A stretch of 64,000 bases of DNA from Eledone cirrhosa (GCA_964016885.1 OZ024755.1:5642001-5706000); one strand, 5' to 3'; shown: positions 13,564 through 25,869, counted from the stretch's first letter. Numbers and translations: made by a program. The notes: generated from the sequence alone by a model not told the origin.

Positions 13564-14406
13564 CACTACTACTACTACTACTGCCACTACTACTCCTGCT
13601 ACTACTACTGCTGCAGCCACAGTTGTCGTTCGTTGCATGTCTCCATAGATGCAACTTACTAGCTGATCTATCGACTGCTGATATTTAGGGTGCTGCTGCT
13701 ACTGCACATTCTACTGCTGCTGCTACTGCTACTACTGCACATTCTACTGCTGCTACTACTGCACATTCTACTGCTGCTGCTACTGCTACTACTGCACATT
13801 CTACTGCTGCTGCTACTGCTACTACTGCACATTCTACTGCTGCTACTACTGCACATTCTACTGCTGCTGCTACTGCTACTACTGCACATTCTACTGCTGC
13901 TGCTACTGCTACTACTGCACATTCTACTGCTGCTACTACTGCACATTCTACTGCTGCTGCTACTGCTACTACTGCACATTCTACTGCTGCTACTACTGCA
14001 CATTCTACTGCTGCTGCTACTGCTACTACTGCACATTCTACTGCTGCTACTACTGCACATTCTACTGCTGCTGCACATTCTACTGCTGCTCTGCTGCTGC
14101 TGCTGCTACTACTGCTATAAACGATGGTGATGATGATGGTGATGATGATGGCGATGTTGATCGTTATTATTGTTATTACTATTATTAGTAGTAGTAGTGG
14201 TAGCAGTGGTGATAGTAGTAGTAGTAGTAGTAGTGGTGGTAGTAGTAGTGGTGGTGGTGGTGGTATTAGTGGTAGTAGTAGTGGTGGTAGTGGTAGTGAT
14301 AGTAGTAGTGGTAGTAGTAGTAGTAGTGGTGGTGGTGGTAGTCGTGGCAGTGGTTGTAGTAGTAATAGTAGTAGTGGTAGTAGTAGTGGTGGTGGTGGTA
14401 TTAGTG

Positions 14407-14437
<31 letters not shown>

Positions 14438-14451
14438 TAATGGTAGTAGTG

Positions 14452-14483
<32 letters not shown>

Positions 14484-14772
14484 GGTGGTGTTGGTGGTAG
14501 TCGTGGCAGTGGTTGTAGTAGTAATAATAGTAGTAGTAGTAGTGGTGGTGCTGGTGGTATTAGTGGTAGTAGTAGTAGTAGTGGTAGTAGAAGTAGTAGA
14601 AGTAGTAGTAGTAACAGTATGATAATCCTGATGTTAATCGTTCATGATGATGATGATGATTATCATGATAGTGATCATGATTGTAATGAAGATCACGTTG
14701 TTGTTGATGATGATGACGATGATGACGATGACGATGACGATGTCGATGATGGTGACGATGACGATGATGACT
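11902..14772. repeat. Composite trinucleotide repeat field (TAG/CAG, TTG/CTG, CTA, TGG, GAT) including a ctactgcacatt minisatellite at 13690-14090
   Basis: Seen directly. It explains the poly-T/L/V/S ORFs in all frames. Confidence 0.95.
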
Positions 14773-15091
14773 AAACGACAGGGATGAGCCGATGATGTAA
14801 CCTTAACTTCCAATTCAGGGAAACAATGTTTATTTTTTTTTTCTCGACTCTCAATAAAAATATTTCAAACATGTCAAATATTGTGAAGAGATTATATAAA
14901 AAAATATATGGAACATATAGATCGATATTTTTGAGGAGTGGGGAGGTGGGTGTGTATTGGAATTGGTTGCTTTCTGACAGGATGCACAGGAAGGAGGGTT
15001 TGGTGACTCTACCCACAAGACTTTCTCAAAAAGAACAAGAATAAAAGGGTCAAAATATATAAAGGTGAACAGTATCGAACTTACGACCAAC

Positions 15092-15312
15092 AATTTAACC
15101 ACTAAGCTACAATGACTTTACTAATTATAATTTAACCACTAAGCTACGAGGACTTTAGTACTTATAATTTAACCACTAAGCTCCGAGGACTTTAGCAGTT
15201 ATAATTTAACCACTAAGCTACGAGGACTTTAGCAGTTATAATTTAACCACTAAGCTACAAGGACTTAACTAATTATAATTTAACCACTAAGCTACTGGGA
15301 CTTTAGTCATTA
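15092..15312. repeat. ~37-bp minisatellite, about 6 copies
   Basis: Unit aatttaaccactaagctacgaggactttagcagttat. Confidence 0.92.
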
Positions 15313-15379
15313 TAAAATAGTATCAGCTGCGGGGATGAACCACGTCATTGCTGTATGTCTTGAGGGTTTATTACCAGAA

Positions 15380-16287
15380 CAGCTCCCATGACTTTCGGAA
15401 ACATTTTTTCACGCTCAGAGTTGCTGAAGCATGGAACAAACTACCTGCATCAGTTGTTAGCTGCTGAGACACTGCATCCTTTAAACATCCATGGAACAAA
15501 CTACCTGCATCAGTTGTTAGCTGCTGAGACACTGCATCCTTTAAACATCCATGGAACAAACTACCTGCATCAGTTGTTAGCTGCTGAGATACTGCATCCT
15601 TTAAACATCCATGGAACAAACTACCTGCATCAGTTGTTAGCTGCTGAGATACTGCATCCTTTAAACATCCATGGAACAAACTACCTGTATCAGTTGTTAG
15701 CTGTCGAGACACTGCATCCTTTAAACATCCATGGAACAAACTCCCTGCATCAGTTGTTAGCTGTCGAGATACTGCATCCTTTAAAACCTCCATGGAACAA
15801 ACTACCTGCATCAGTTGTTAGCTGCTGAGATACTGCATCCTTTAAACATCCATGGAACAAACTACCTGTATCAGTTGTTAGCTGTCGAGACACTGCATCC
15901 TTTAAACATCCATGGAACAAACTCCCTGCATCAGTTGTTAGCTGCTGAGATACTGCATCCTTTACAACCTCCATGGAACAAACTACCTGCATCAGTTGTT
16001 AGCTGCTGAGATACTGCATCCTTTAAAACCTCCATGGAACAAACTACCTGCATCAGTTGTTAGCTGCTGAGATACTGCATCCTTTAAAACCTCCATGCTT
16101 CCTGAGATTCGCCAATACTATACCTGATGCCCCCCCCCCTCCATACACACGGACACATGTATTTCATGATTCGTACACTGTTCATTTTCCTGACATTTGT
16201 ACATTATTCTATGTACTATACATGCACCTTTGATGAGTTGTAGTGCACCTGAGCACTGTACACAATCATTTCATTATTATTATTATA
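15380..16287 (+). mobile_element. CR1/L2-group LINE 3' end containing an 11-copy 60/61-bp tandem expansion (15430-16093)
   Basis: It translates as HDFRKHFFTLRVAEAWNKLPASVVSC.DTASFK, the FF..RV...WN.LP..VV......FK C-terminal motif. It ends in a 3'UTR and an (ATT)n tail. Confidence 0.85.
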
Positions 16288-16297
16288 ACGTATTTTC

Positions 16298-16482
16298 TAA
16301 TAATTGTTTCTACTTTTGGCACAAGGCCAGCAACTATCCAGTGCATTACTGGTACTTTATTTTATCGACCCCGTAAGGATGAAAGGCAAAGTTAACCTCA
16401 GCGGGATTTGAACTCAGAATGGCAAGGGCCGTAACTCTATGCATCAAAGCAAGGCATCCGACCCTCTACCGATACTGCCAAT
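16298..16482 (-). mobile_element. SINE family S1
   Basis: S1 consensus match. Confidence 0.9.
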
Positions 16483-16948
16483 TAATGATAGTGTGTTATT
16501 AACACAGAAGTGTTTATGAAAAGAAAGATAGAAACTTTTAATAATTGTAAAAGTAGCCTAATTATATGTACTCTATACTTAAACGTGTTTGGAAGTATTC
16601 CATGGGTGGGGAGTGGGGGAAGGAGTTGTAATTAGTGTTTGAAAGGAGTGAAGTATGTCTTCTCATGAGAATTGCGATTGAGATCTAGTTATCCACGTGT
16701 ACTCCTTTATTTTTTGTTCTAGAAGAGACTCTGCTGGAACATGATATTTAGACCAATATTATATTTGGAGAATGAAGGAAGGTAAAGAAGAAAGTAGTGG
16801 AGATTAATAGGATTAGTGCTGGGGATATATAGTATATAGTTCAAGATCTCCTCTCAGAGTGAGTTATTTATTTATATAGTAGGACTAATAAAGCAAAAAT
16901 GGTTACTTTTTTGTACGTGTAGTACTATATTTGTTATATTATATTATA

Positions 16949-17390
16949 GGGTGGTGGATTAGCAGTATCAGTAGAGGGTCGGACGCCATTCTTTGCAGCA
17001 TAGAGTTACACCCCTTTACGATCTGAGTTCAAATCTCGCCGAGGTTAACTTTGCCTTTCATCCCCTACGGGGTCGGTAAAATAAAGCACCAGTAACATAC
17101 TGGGGTCGATTTAAACGACTTTCCCCTCCCCCCCAAATTACTGACCTTGTGCCAAAATACACTGGGGTAATTGCTGGCTTTGTGCCAAAAGTAGAAACAA
17201 TTATGTTTTGGCAGAATCAGTAGAGCGTCGAACGCCGTGCTTTTCAGTATAGAGTTTCGTCCCTTTACCTTCTGAGTTCAAATCCCACCGAGGTTAGCTT
17301 TGCCTTTCATCCTTACGGGGTCAATAAAATAAAGTACCAGTAATACACTGAGTAATTGTTGGCCTTGTGCCAAAAGTAGAAACAATTATA
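16949..17390 (+). mobile_element. Head-to-tail SINE S1 dimer with a single flanking TSD
   Basis: Two S1 units plus an extra tail. tttgttatattatattat occurs at about 16930-16947 and 17392-17409. Confidence 0.85.
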
Positions 17391-18322
17391 TTTTGTTATA
17401 TTATATTATGCGGGGTAAAATCAATTAGTAAGTAAATGGAAAGAATAAAAATGTGATGGATAACATTTACACATAAATAGCTATAACTTATAAGCTATGG
17501 CGGATAATGCGAAAGCTTAATATATGTGTGCCATACATATATATATATTATGGGAGATTTGGTGATTATTACAGGTGTAGACTATGTAAAATAAATAGCT
17601 TTATATGATACATACTTATCGTATAGCATTGGTTCAGAATTTTAATTGTTTTGTGTGAGCAAAAACGAACGCAAATGAGTTAGAATGTTTTTCTTTCTTA
17701 TTTCCAGTAAAGGATTTTCTGAGAGATAGTATTTTCCGTTTCAAATTATAGTTGATGTTAAATATAAAAAAAAAAAAATTCTATATGAATTATTTTTTGC
17801 CACCGTATCATATCGGATTGCGGAAAGAGTTAACATATATGAAATATCTAGCATTAAATATAGTTGCCGTGAGACAAATGTTAGATTTAATAACAAATAA
17901 TTTCATTAGTGTTGGGATAGTCAGGTTAAATTTGATCTGGCTGAAATTAGCTAAATTTTGTGAAATATGAGGTTTAGTGGAATATGAGATTCTAATATAA
18001 GTGTTGGTAAATATTTGCAATATTTATACCGTAGAGGAAATTCTTCGTTTGTTGTATTAAAGGAAATAATAACTTTGTAAGTACTGTAACTAAAGCTAAG
18101 TTGAAAGACGGATTAAATCGGATTATATTTCTTTTCCTGTTAGTTATCTATTCACCATACAATAATGATATTTTAATTTAGTAATCTTAAAAGCAGTCGT
18201 GTTAATCTTGTACCTCAATTCCTAATCACTCTCCCACCCACTTCGTTAAAACTATAAAACCACTTCTTTATTGCTTCCATATAACATTTTTTATTAACCA
18301 CAACATTACTCACAGATATGAG

Positions 18323-18385
<63 letters not shown>

Positions 18386-19139
18386 GTGTTTAGAAGCTGA
18401 CAGTTTTCTTGCAGGCAAAAAAAATCTACGAGTAATATAAAAACCGCCAATTTATCAACAACTACTGAGGGTTAAATAATTTTCATGTAATTCTTATTCT
18501 TATTTTATCATATTTTATTATATATGATCTTATAGGTATTACTCCTAAACTCAACCCAATCATTCATATTTCTCCTTACTACTTTATTAAATTTATTCAT
18601 CATAAGCCGTCCAACTAATCATTTTATAAATCATTCAATTTTCTTCTAGCTGTCTTCCTTCTGTCATATCCTACAATATCGTCGGCTGCTATCATAATCT
18701 TTCTCACCAGAGCTTAAATAATTATTTCGAGAATTTACCTTCATAGACTTAATAAGACAGAGGCAGACGGTGTGGAGTAAGCTAACACAGTATCGTTATA
18801 AAACATAGCAGATATGTTTAATGGTCTCCATTCAGATTATCCCAAACTTTGACATTCTTTTTCTATCGTGAACTGCAAGTCACACAGTTTCTATCTGTCC
18901 GTTTTCACCCAGAAGTCCACCAAAGAAGGGACCTTATAATTTGCGATGTGAACTGCTTAAGCATTCAACATATATACACTAAATATGTGTACAATCCCTC
19001 ATATATATATAAAAGGAAAAGCAATCATTAATGCAACTGGGGTTTTTTTCAGGATATTATTTATTTCCTCTACCGGTTTCACAGTTCTTATGATTTTCAA
19101 AAGCATAATCGAGATGGAGGGTTTGTGGTTTATCTCGCA

Positions 19140-19225
19140 TATGCGTAAAGGGAAATAACAAGCGAACAACACAGTACAAGAAATATATTAGTTTAACGCT
19201 TGGTATGGTAGAAAAAGTGTTTTTA
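19140..19225 (-). mobile_element. Family H 3' fragment (PLE-like terminal repeat)
   Basis: The reverse complement reads caagcgttaaactaatatatttcttgtactgtgttg, homologous to 32860-32940, 45958-46040 and 55445-55530. Confidence 0.65.
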
Positions 19226-19257
19226 TACACACACACACACACACATATATATATGTA

Positions 19258-19455
19258 TAGGAAAATGTCCAGGACCCCGACGGCAGAGCTCAAGCCGTTT
19301 CGACGGCTATTTCTGGACATAATAGAAATAACCGTCGAAACGGCTTGAGCTCTGCCGTCGGGGTCCTGAACCTTTTCCTATTATCCACTCTTCTACCCAA
19401 AGTATTGAGTACTCTGGTGCGTTATGGTCCACCTGGTTCCTTACCACACTTCCTT

Positions 19456-19460
<5 letters not shown>
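19258..19460 (+). mobile_element. TA-embedded fold-back element family A
   Basis: ~123-bp palindrome at 19258-19380 centred near 19319, followed by the family A tail and (TA)n. Confidence 0.9.
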
Positions 19461-19493
<33 letters not shown>

Positions 19494-19638
19494 TCACGAA
19501 TGTTTGTGTGTTTGTGTATAGGTCCTATGACATGTTAATATCTATATCAACATTAGTGTCCATTTCCCTCCCTTAAAAATATGTGTATTTATGTGCACGA
19601 AGAACGACAATTTAACCCCTTAATTTCTTCAATGATTA

Positions 19639-19800
19639 GGGTCGGACGCCATGCTTTCCAGCATAGTTACATCTCTTTACGATCTGAGTTCAAATCCCGC
19701 CGACGTTGACTTTGTCTTTCATCCTTACGGGGTCGATAAAATAAAGTACCAGTAATGCACTGGGTAATTGCTGGCCTTGTGCCTAAAGTAGAAACAATTA
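19639..19800 (+). mobile_element. SINE family S1, 5' truncated
   Basis: B box gagttcaaatcc and the S1 core and tail are present. Confidence 0.88.
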
Positions 19801-20847
19801 TTTTAACACTCTAGAATTGACGTGTAATTTCTTGGCTATTGATATGATATAGTTTCAATCTTATTAACTTTGTCGTTGACTGCTGAATGTGACAATATAT
19901 CATTTAAAACAAACAATTTAAAATTATTTATCTTAATTACACTAGAAACTAAAACCACTTGTCTCCTGTTGCTTCATAACAAGTGGCGAAAATTAAACCT
20001 ATGTTGTCATTCCGTTTAGCATTAACTTATAAGCAATGGAGTTTCAAATAAAAGGAAGCGATTGCGAAAGAGTATATGGTTATTATTGAGTGTGAAGTCG
20101 TTAATCATGAACAAGGCTCTCTATTTAAATAGATTACGAGCTCAGCAGGTACCAGCATGTAGAAAAGGCATGACAGAATCTAGGATCCGAACGAATACGA
20201 AATGATTTAAGTTCGATCCAATTGATTTTTATTTCATTTGCAATTGCTCATTGGTCAATATTTTATCAGCCACAGCTCTGATAGATAGCACACTATATAT
20301 ATTTATATTTATATATTTTTATATTTTTTCTTTCGTAAAATTACACCCTGTCTTTATTTTTTATTGTATTTTTTGTGGGTTTTTTTTTTGTAATCCAGAC
20401 GTGTGAGTAATCCTATAATTCAACAAGAAGAGCTGTCCATTAGTTTCTTGCGTCAAACTGTTAGATAAATATTGACATTAAGGTGATTGGTAGCATACTG
20501 TAGAGTAGGGCATCTGTAAATGAGATGTTATACAGCCTATTACTTTATCAGGAATGTTTGATGTGTAAATTGATATAATTATCTCTTCTTGAATTTGATA
20601 ATTAAATGAATCTAAAGTTAGGATGGATGAGCTTTGGAAAACATGGATAATTTAGCATATCTCATTCTCTTTCTTTAAAAGGCTTTGGCGAATTAGAAAT
20701 CGATAGTATTTCTCAGTAATTAGATCGATGTGTAGTAAGTAAATCCCGATGGAGGTTGAATAAATAGATTTCTATATTTTCACGTATTTTCGAAATCACC
20801 ACAATATATCGATGTCGAGCACGTTTTATTATTAGTAGTAGTAAGAA

Positions 20848-21500
20848 GGGCGGGGATTTGGCAGTATCGGTAGAGGGCCGGACGCCATGCTTTGCAACAT
20901 AGAATTACGGCCCTTTATGATCTGAGTTCAAATCCCGCCGAGGTTAACTTTGCCTTTCATCCTTACGGGGTCGATAAAATAAAGTACCAGTCATGGACTA
21001 GGGTCGATTTAATCGCCTTTCCCCTCCCCCAAATTACTGGCCTTGTGCCTATATAAGAAACCATTATTAGTAGTAGTAGGCTGGTGGATTGGCAGAACCG
21101 GTAGAGCGTCAGACAAAATACTTTGGAGCATATAGTTACGTCCACCTAACGTTTTAAGTTCAAATCCCGCCAATGTTAGCTTTGCCTTTCATCCTTATGG
21201 GGTCGATAAAATAAAGTACCAGTAATGTACTGGGGTCGGTTTAATAGACTTTCTTCCCCAAAATTGCTGGCCTTGTGCCTAAAGTAGAAACCGATTATTA
21301 TTTAGTTGGATTTACAAAATCGGTCAAGTTGGAAGGTAAAAATACCCTCGAGCATGTCTCTACCTCTTTTTACATTCTGAGTTCAAATCCCATCCAAATT
21401 CCTTTAACATTTTCCCTTTCAGACACTATAAAAATAGTAACAGTCAAGTACTAAAGTAGGTTTAATCGACTCTCTCATATAAAATATAAGGTCTTATATC
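20848..21500 (+). mobile_element. Three tandem SINE S1-like copies (20848-21066, 21079-21294, degenerate 21307-21500)
   Basis: Each unit has tggcag..tcggtagag and gttcaaatccc motifs plus the S1 core. Confidence 0.85.
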
Positions 21501-21952
21501 TATTAAAAAATCAATCAATATTTAGTTGAATGTGTTCAATACTAGATTGGTTATTCTCTGATGATGAGAGGTGTATCTAATAGACTATAGAAAATTGAAA
21601 ATAATGGAGGGGGTGGTGTGGGGTGGGGGGAGGGAAATTGTGACAGATACCTCAGTAACTGAAACAAAGATCAGTTGCATTAAAACAGCAGTGAATTTAA
21701 TTGATGAAAAATCGATATCCATTCAAACTTCGTAGTAAATACAGATGTCCCTCTTTCCATATGGGTTAGAAATCCTGATGCTGAGTTTCGAACTCTGTTA
21801 AGTTTAAAGAAAAAAGAACCCTTAAATACCGATGAAGTCGGATGGGGTGGGTGGGGTGGTGGGGGCTGCCCTGACACGGCATTTTAAACTTGGCGGAGAC
21901 AATCCTACAGGTCGAAAGACAAACAATTTCTGAGAGAGAGAGAGATGGGGAA

Positions 21953-22025
<73 letters not shown>

Positions 22026-22169
22026 TATTTAAAGGTTAAACAAGGTTCAATGAATAAATCAAAGAATTAGTTTTACACTAGATTGGAAGCACTCGATAGA
22101 AATGGTTTTCCGGAGTTATTAATATTCATTCAAAATATTAACAAAAATAGAACTTCATTTGATCAAGTA

Positions 22170-22236
22170 TATTTTATTATACATATTTCAGAGGTACTGA
22201 GCTAACTTCAACAGTACGTCCTCATCAGATAAAATA
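22170..22236 (-). ncRNA. Minimal type I hammerhead ribozyme (family E, left arm)
   Basis: UAUUUUAU-CUGAUGA-GgacGUACUG uugaaguuagcu CAGUACcucU-GAAA-U AUGU AUA-AUAAAAUA. Confidence 0.75.
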
Positions 22237-22330
22237 AGATGATGCATGACATACCCTGACATAGTAGATGGTTAAGATCAAGCCATGGATCTTAACCATC
22301 TACTATGTCAGGGTATGTCATGCATCATCT

Positions 22331-22396
22331 TATTTATCTGATGAGGACGTACTGTTGAAGTTAGCTCAGTACCTCTGAAATATGTATAATAAAATA
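22331..22396 (+). ncRNA. Minimal type I hammerhead ribozyme (family E, right arm)
   Basis: CTGATGA at 22338 and GAAA at 22377, with an AUA cleavage triplet. Stem I is tatttat/ataaaata (1-nt deletion). Confidence 0.72.
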
Positions 22397-23407
22397 TACT
22401 TGATCAAATGAAGTTCTATTTTTGTTAATATTTTGAATTAATATATATATATATATGGAGAAAGGGAGAGAGAGAGAGAGATGTAGAATGATATAAATAT
22501 ATATATGAAGAAAGGGAGAGAGAGGGAGAGATGGAAAAATGGGGAGAGAGGGGGGGGGTAGAGAGAAAGAGGAGAGAGAGAGAGGAGACTTCATGATTGT
22601 CAATCAAACTTCTTAATCATCCTTTAGCCATCCATCTTGTGAGAGTAAATATATGTTACATAACTATGACAAGATTTTCATAATATTTTCTTCACAACTT
22701 TCTCCTCCTCATTTGTCCCGTAACTCTCGCCACAGTCGTAGGGGCGCCGTATTGACATACGGCGTTTCTTGGGCATTTGAAGCCTGGTGGAGCCCATCCC
22801 TCTCCAGGCCAGAGTACAGCAGATTTCTTCCAGAGAAAGATAGAAAGTGTTAGTGAAGAAATGAGAAAGAGATATAAAGGAAGCATCTACCCCAGTACTA
22901 GACTGGTACTTTTTTTATCGACCTCAGAGAGCAGAGATCCGGAACGATTACCATAAAGCATTCTAGCCAACGTTCTAACGACTCTGCCAATTCGCTGTCT
23001 CTTCACAACTTAATGAATTGAAAGAGGTATTTTCCCTTAGCCTTCTATCTTGTATACAGAATGTTTTCATCAGTTCACTTTTCCTTGAATTATCCACTAA
23101 ACATCTTGGACCAGATTCAAATACAATAAGAATAAAGACAATATAGAGTAGCGGGAATAAGTATGAAAGTATTTGTTTTAAAGATAACATGTGCCAGCAA
23201 TACAGACACACGCATACATACACACACGCAGACACACACACACATATACATATATATATATATAATTTATACACACACACGTAACAGGTCGATACACAAT
23301 AAAAATCTAATACATGTAAACGAAACTTCCTCGTTCTTTCTAATATATATATATTAGAAAAAAGAACGAGAAGCTATGTCCGGAATATACGACTAGTATT
23401 TTTCTCT

Positions 23408-23441
<34 letters not shown>

Positions 23442-23802
23442 ACAGATATATCTGCCACTAGAAATTAATAAGAAATGAGAGTCAGTATCTCATATGTTCG
23501 CTCGCATCACGCCGAAATGGTAACACATTACCAGCAGTATATCAGTATACTTGCATAACTACACTTCATAAGTGTATGAGCATCTGATGATGTCCCATGG
23601 AGATATATTAAGCAATAAAGCAATTATATAAAAGTAACCCTGTCTTAACAACATTTTGTAAATGTAATTTCCGTCACCCCTAATCACCAACATTTCGCTG
23701 GGGATACACTTATGATGTGAGGTGCTTTTGGATTGCTTAAACCGGTTTATCCTCGCAGCAGTACAACATAAGCTCCCCGAATAAACACCCTTATTATCTG
23801 CA

Positions 23803-23879
<77 letters not shown>

Positions 23880-23890
23880 TGTTATGTATA

Positions 23891-23955
23891 TCATAATTAA
23901 AAGCTGATGAGATGACTAAATCCAGTCATAGAAACACGCGTCCTATTAATTATGA
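23891..23955 (+). ncRNA. Minimal type I hammerhead ribozyme
   Basis: UCAUAAUUAAAAG-CUGAUGA-G AUGACU aaaucc AGUCAU A-GAAA-C ACGC GUC-CUAUUAAUUAUGA. Stem I is 13 bp with 1 mismatch, stem II is 6 bp, the triplet is GUC and stem III contains the ACGCGU palindrome. The G10.1/A11.1 pair is mismatched. It lies in a ~110-bp insert between microsatellites. Confidence 0.82.
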
Positions 23956-23984
23956 GTCCTTTGTATTCTCTGTATTATAAATTG

Positions 23985-24060
<76 letters not shown>

Positions 24061-24765
24061 TATATATAATCAATTTACACTACAAAGAATACAATTAAGT
24101 AAATGTAACATGATGTTGTGTGTGTGTATATATATACATATATATATATTCGTATGCATATACATACGTATACAGCACATCCATACATACCTATATACAT
24201 ACTTGTGTGAGTGTATTTATGTGTGTGTGTCTGAGTGTTAGTGACTATAAATTTAAAAAAATGGTTTCCGTTCACTATTTCGTTGAAGTAATATTGGCAA
24301 AACATCAACCAGATACAGGACAACATTCTACAAATGTTTTCGTAAAGCGTTTTGGCACAATCGACTTATTGAAACGAAATCATTACTAAAGTCTATTAAA
24401 TGTTGCTTTTTAATGAACTGCAATAGAATTGGTTTTTAGAAAGAAAGAGGCATTACACATAAGCTAGGGAATAAATTGGTAGAATCGTTGGAACATCAGA
24501 AAGAATGCTTTGTAATATTTGTCCTTGTCCTCTGTGTACAGAGTTCAGATCTCGCTTATGTCAGCTTTACCTACCATTCTTTCGAGGTCGATCTATCTAT
24601 ATATCTATCTGTTTATCTATCTATAAATTATATAGTTGGATCTGAGGGCTGACGAGTGTGTACCAGGTATGGCGTCGTTTTTGGTAACTGGCCTTAATCA
24701 TTACATTCAAACCTTTCCCTACGTACGTACGTACGTACGTAGTGCCAGACAGCTATATATATATG

Positions 24766-24796
<31 letters not shown>

Positions 24797-24898
24797 ATAT
24801 ATCTATATATATATATATTCAATATAGAAATGGCTTCTATATATATATATATATATATATATATTCATGAGCTTCTATGTAAATGAATGTGGGTTTAT

Positions 24899-25031
<133 letters not shown>

Positions 25032-25632
25032 CGTATAAACCCATATTGATTTACATATAAGCTCATGCATATAATCATTTATGCATATAGAAATACATAT
25101 ACACACACATATATACATGTATAGACCTGTTTCCTCCTCAGTGACCACTTGTACGATTTCTTTAGAGCTTTTCTGCCTTCTAAACAAGTGGTCTTCCATC
25201 AAGCAAGACCGATGTAAGAATCTCTTTGATCTACGACCGTCTTTCATCTGACGGTTTGGAATATTCTTACGAAACCTCTCAAACAGAGCATGTGTGCTGA
25301 TGGGCGCTATCTCTGATTAACAGATCTAGTGTGATTCTTGGTTTGGTTACACTACTACTACTACTACTACTACCATCATCAACAACAGCAATCACTACAA
25401 GAACAACAGCCGTCACCACTACCACCAGCCACGCCACTACAACAAAAATCACCACCACCAACCACCACCACCAACCACCACCACCACCACTCTCACCACA
25501 GTATCCATCTCTATGTCAGTGACTTACTTGTAACATTTAACTAAATACTCTCCAATAAAACAAGCTTCTAGAAGAATCTTCCTCAAATAAAGCCGCAAGA
25601 TTTATGCTTAGTTTGCCTTCAACGCACACACA

Positions 25633-25673
<41 letters not shown>

Positions 25674-25748
25674 ACACACACAATAATCAAGCTTCTGGAA
25701 GAATCTTCTATAAATAAAACCAAAAGATTCATCCCTAGTTTGCCTACA

Positions 25749-25869
<121 letters not shown>

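Larger units (their letters stand above)
22026..22443 (-). mobile_element. TA-embedded fold-back element family E with two inverted hammerheads
   Basis: Near-perfect inverted arms of about 155 bp (~22122-22279 and 22288-22443) with an 8-nt spacer. An unpaired tail lies at 22026-22120, and a second copy is at 54996-55276. Confidence 0.92.

Noticed and set aside
11867-14774. Long ORFs (up to 396 aa) resembling mucins or poly-Thr/Leu/Ser proteins
   Set aside because: They are open in several frames and on both strands because triplet repeats lack stops. They have no non-repetitive domain or convincing exon structure.
22740-22812. HDV-like ribozyme on the minus strand (GGCCUGG/CCAGGCU as P1 with G-U)
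   Set aside because: Only 16 nt lie between the P1 strands, too few for P2+P3+L3, and there is no GG for P1.1.
23584-23612. CTGATGA tgtcc cat gga GATA as a hammerhead
   Set aside because: GAAA is absent and stems I and III are not formed; at most it is a decayed remnant.
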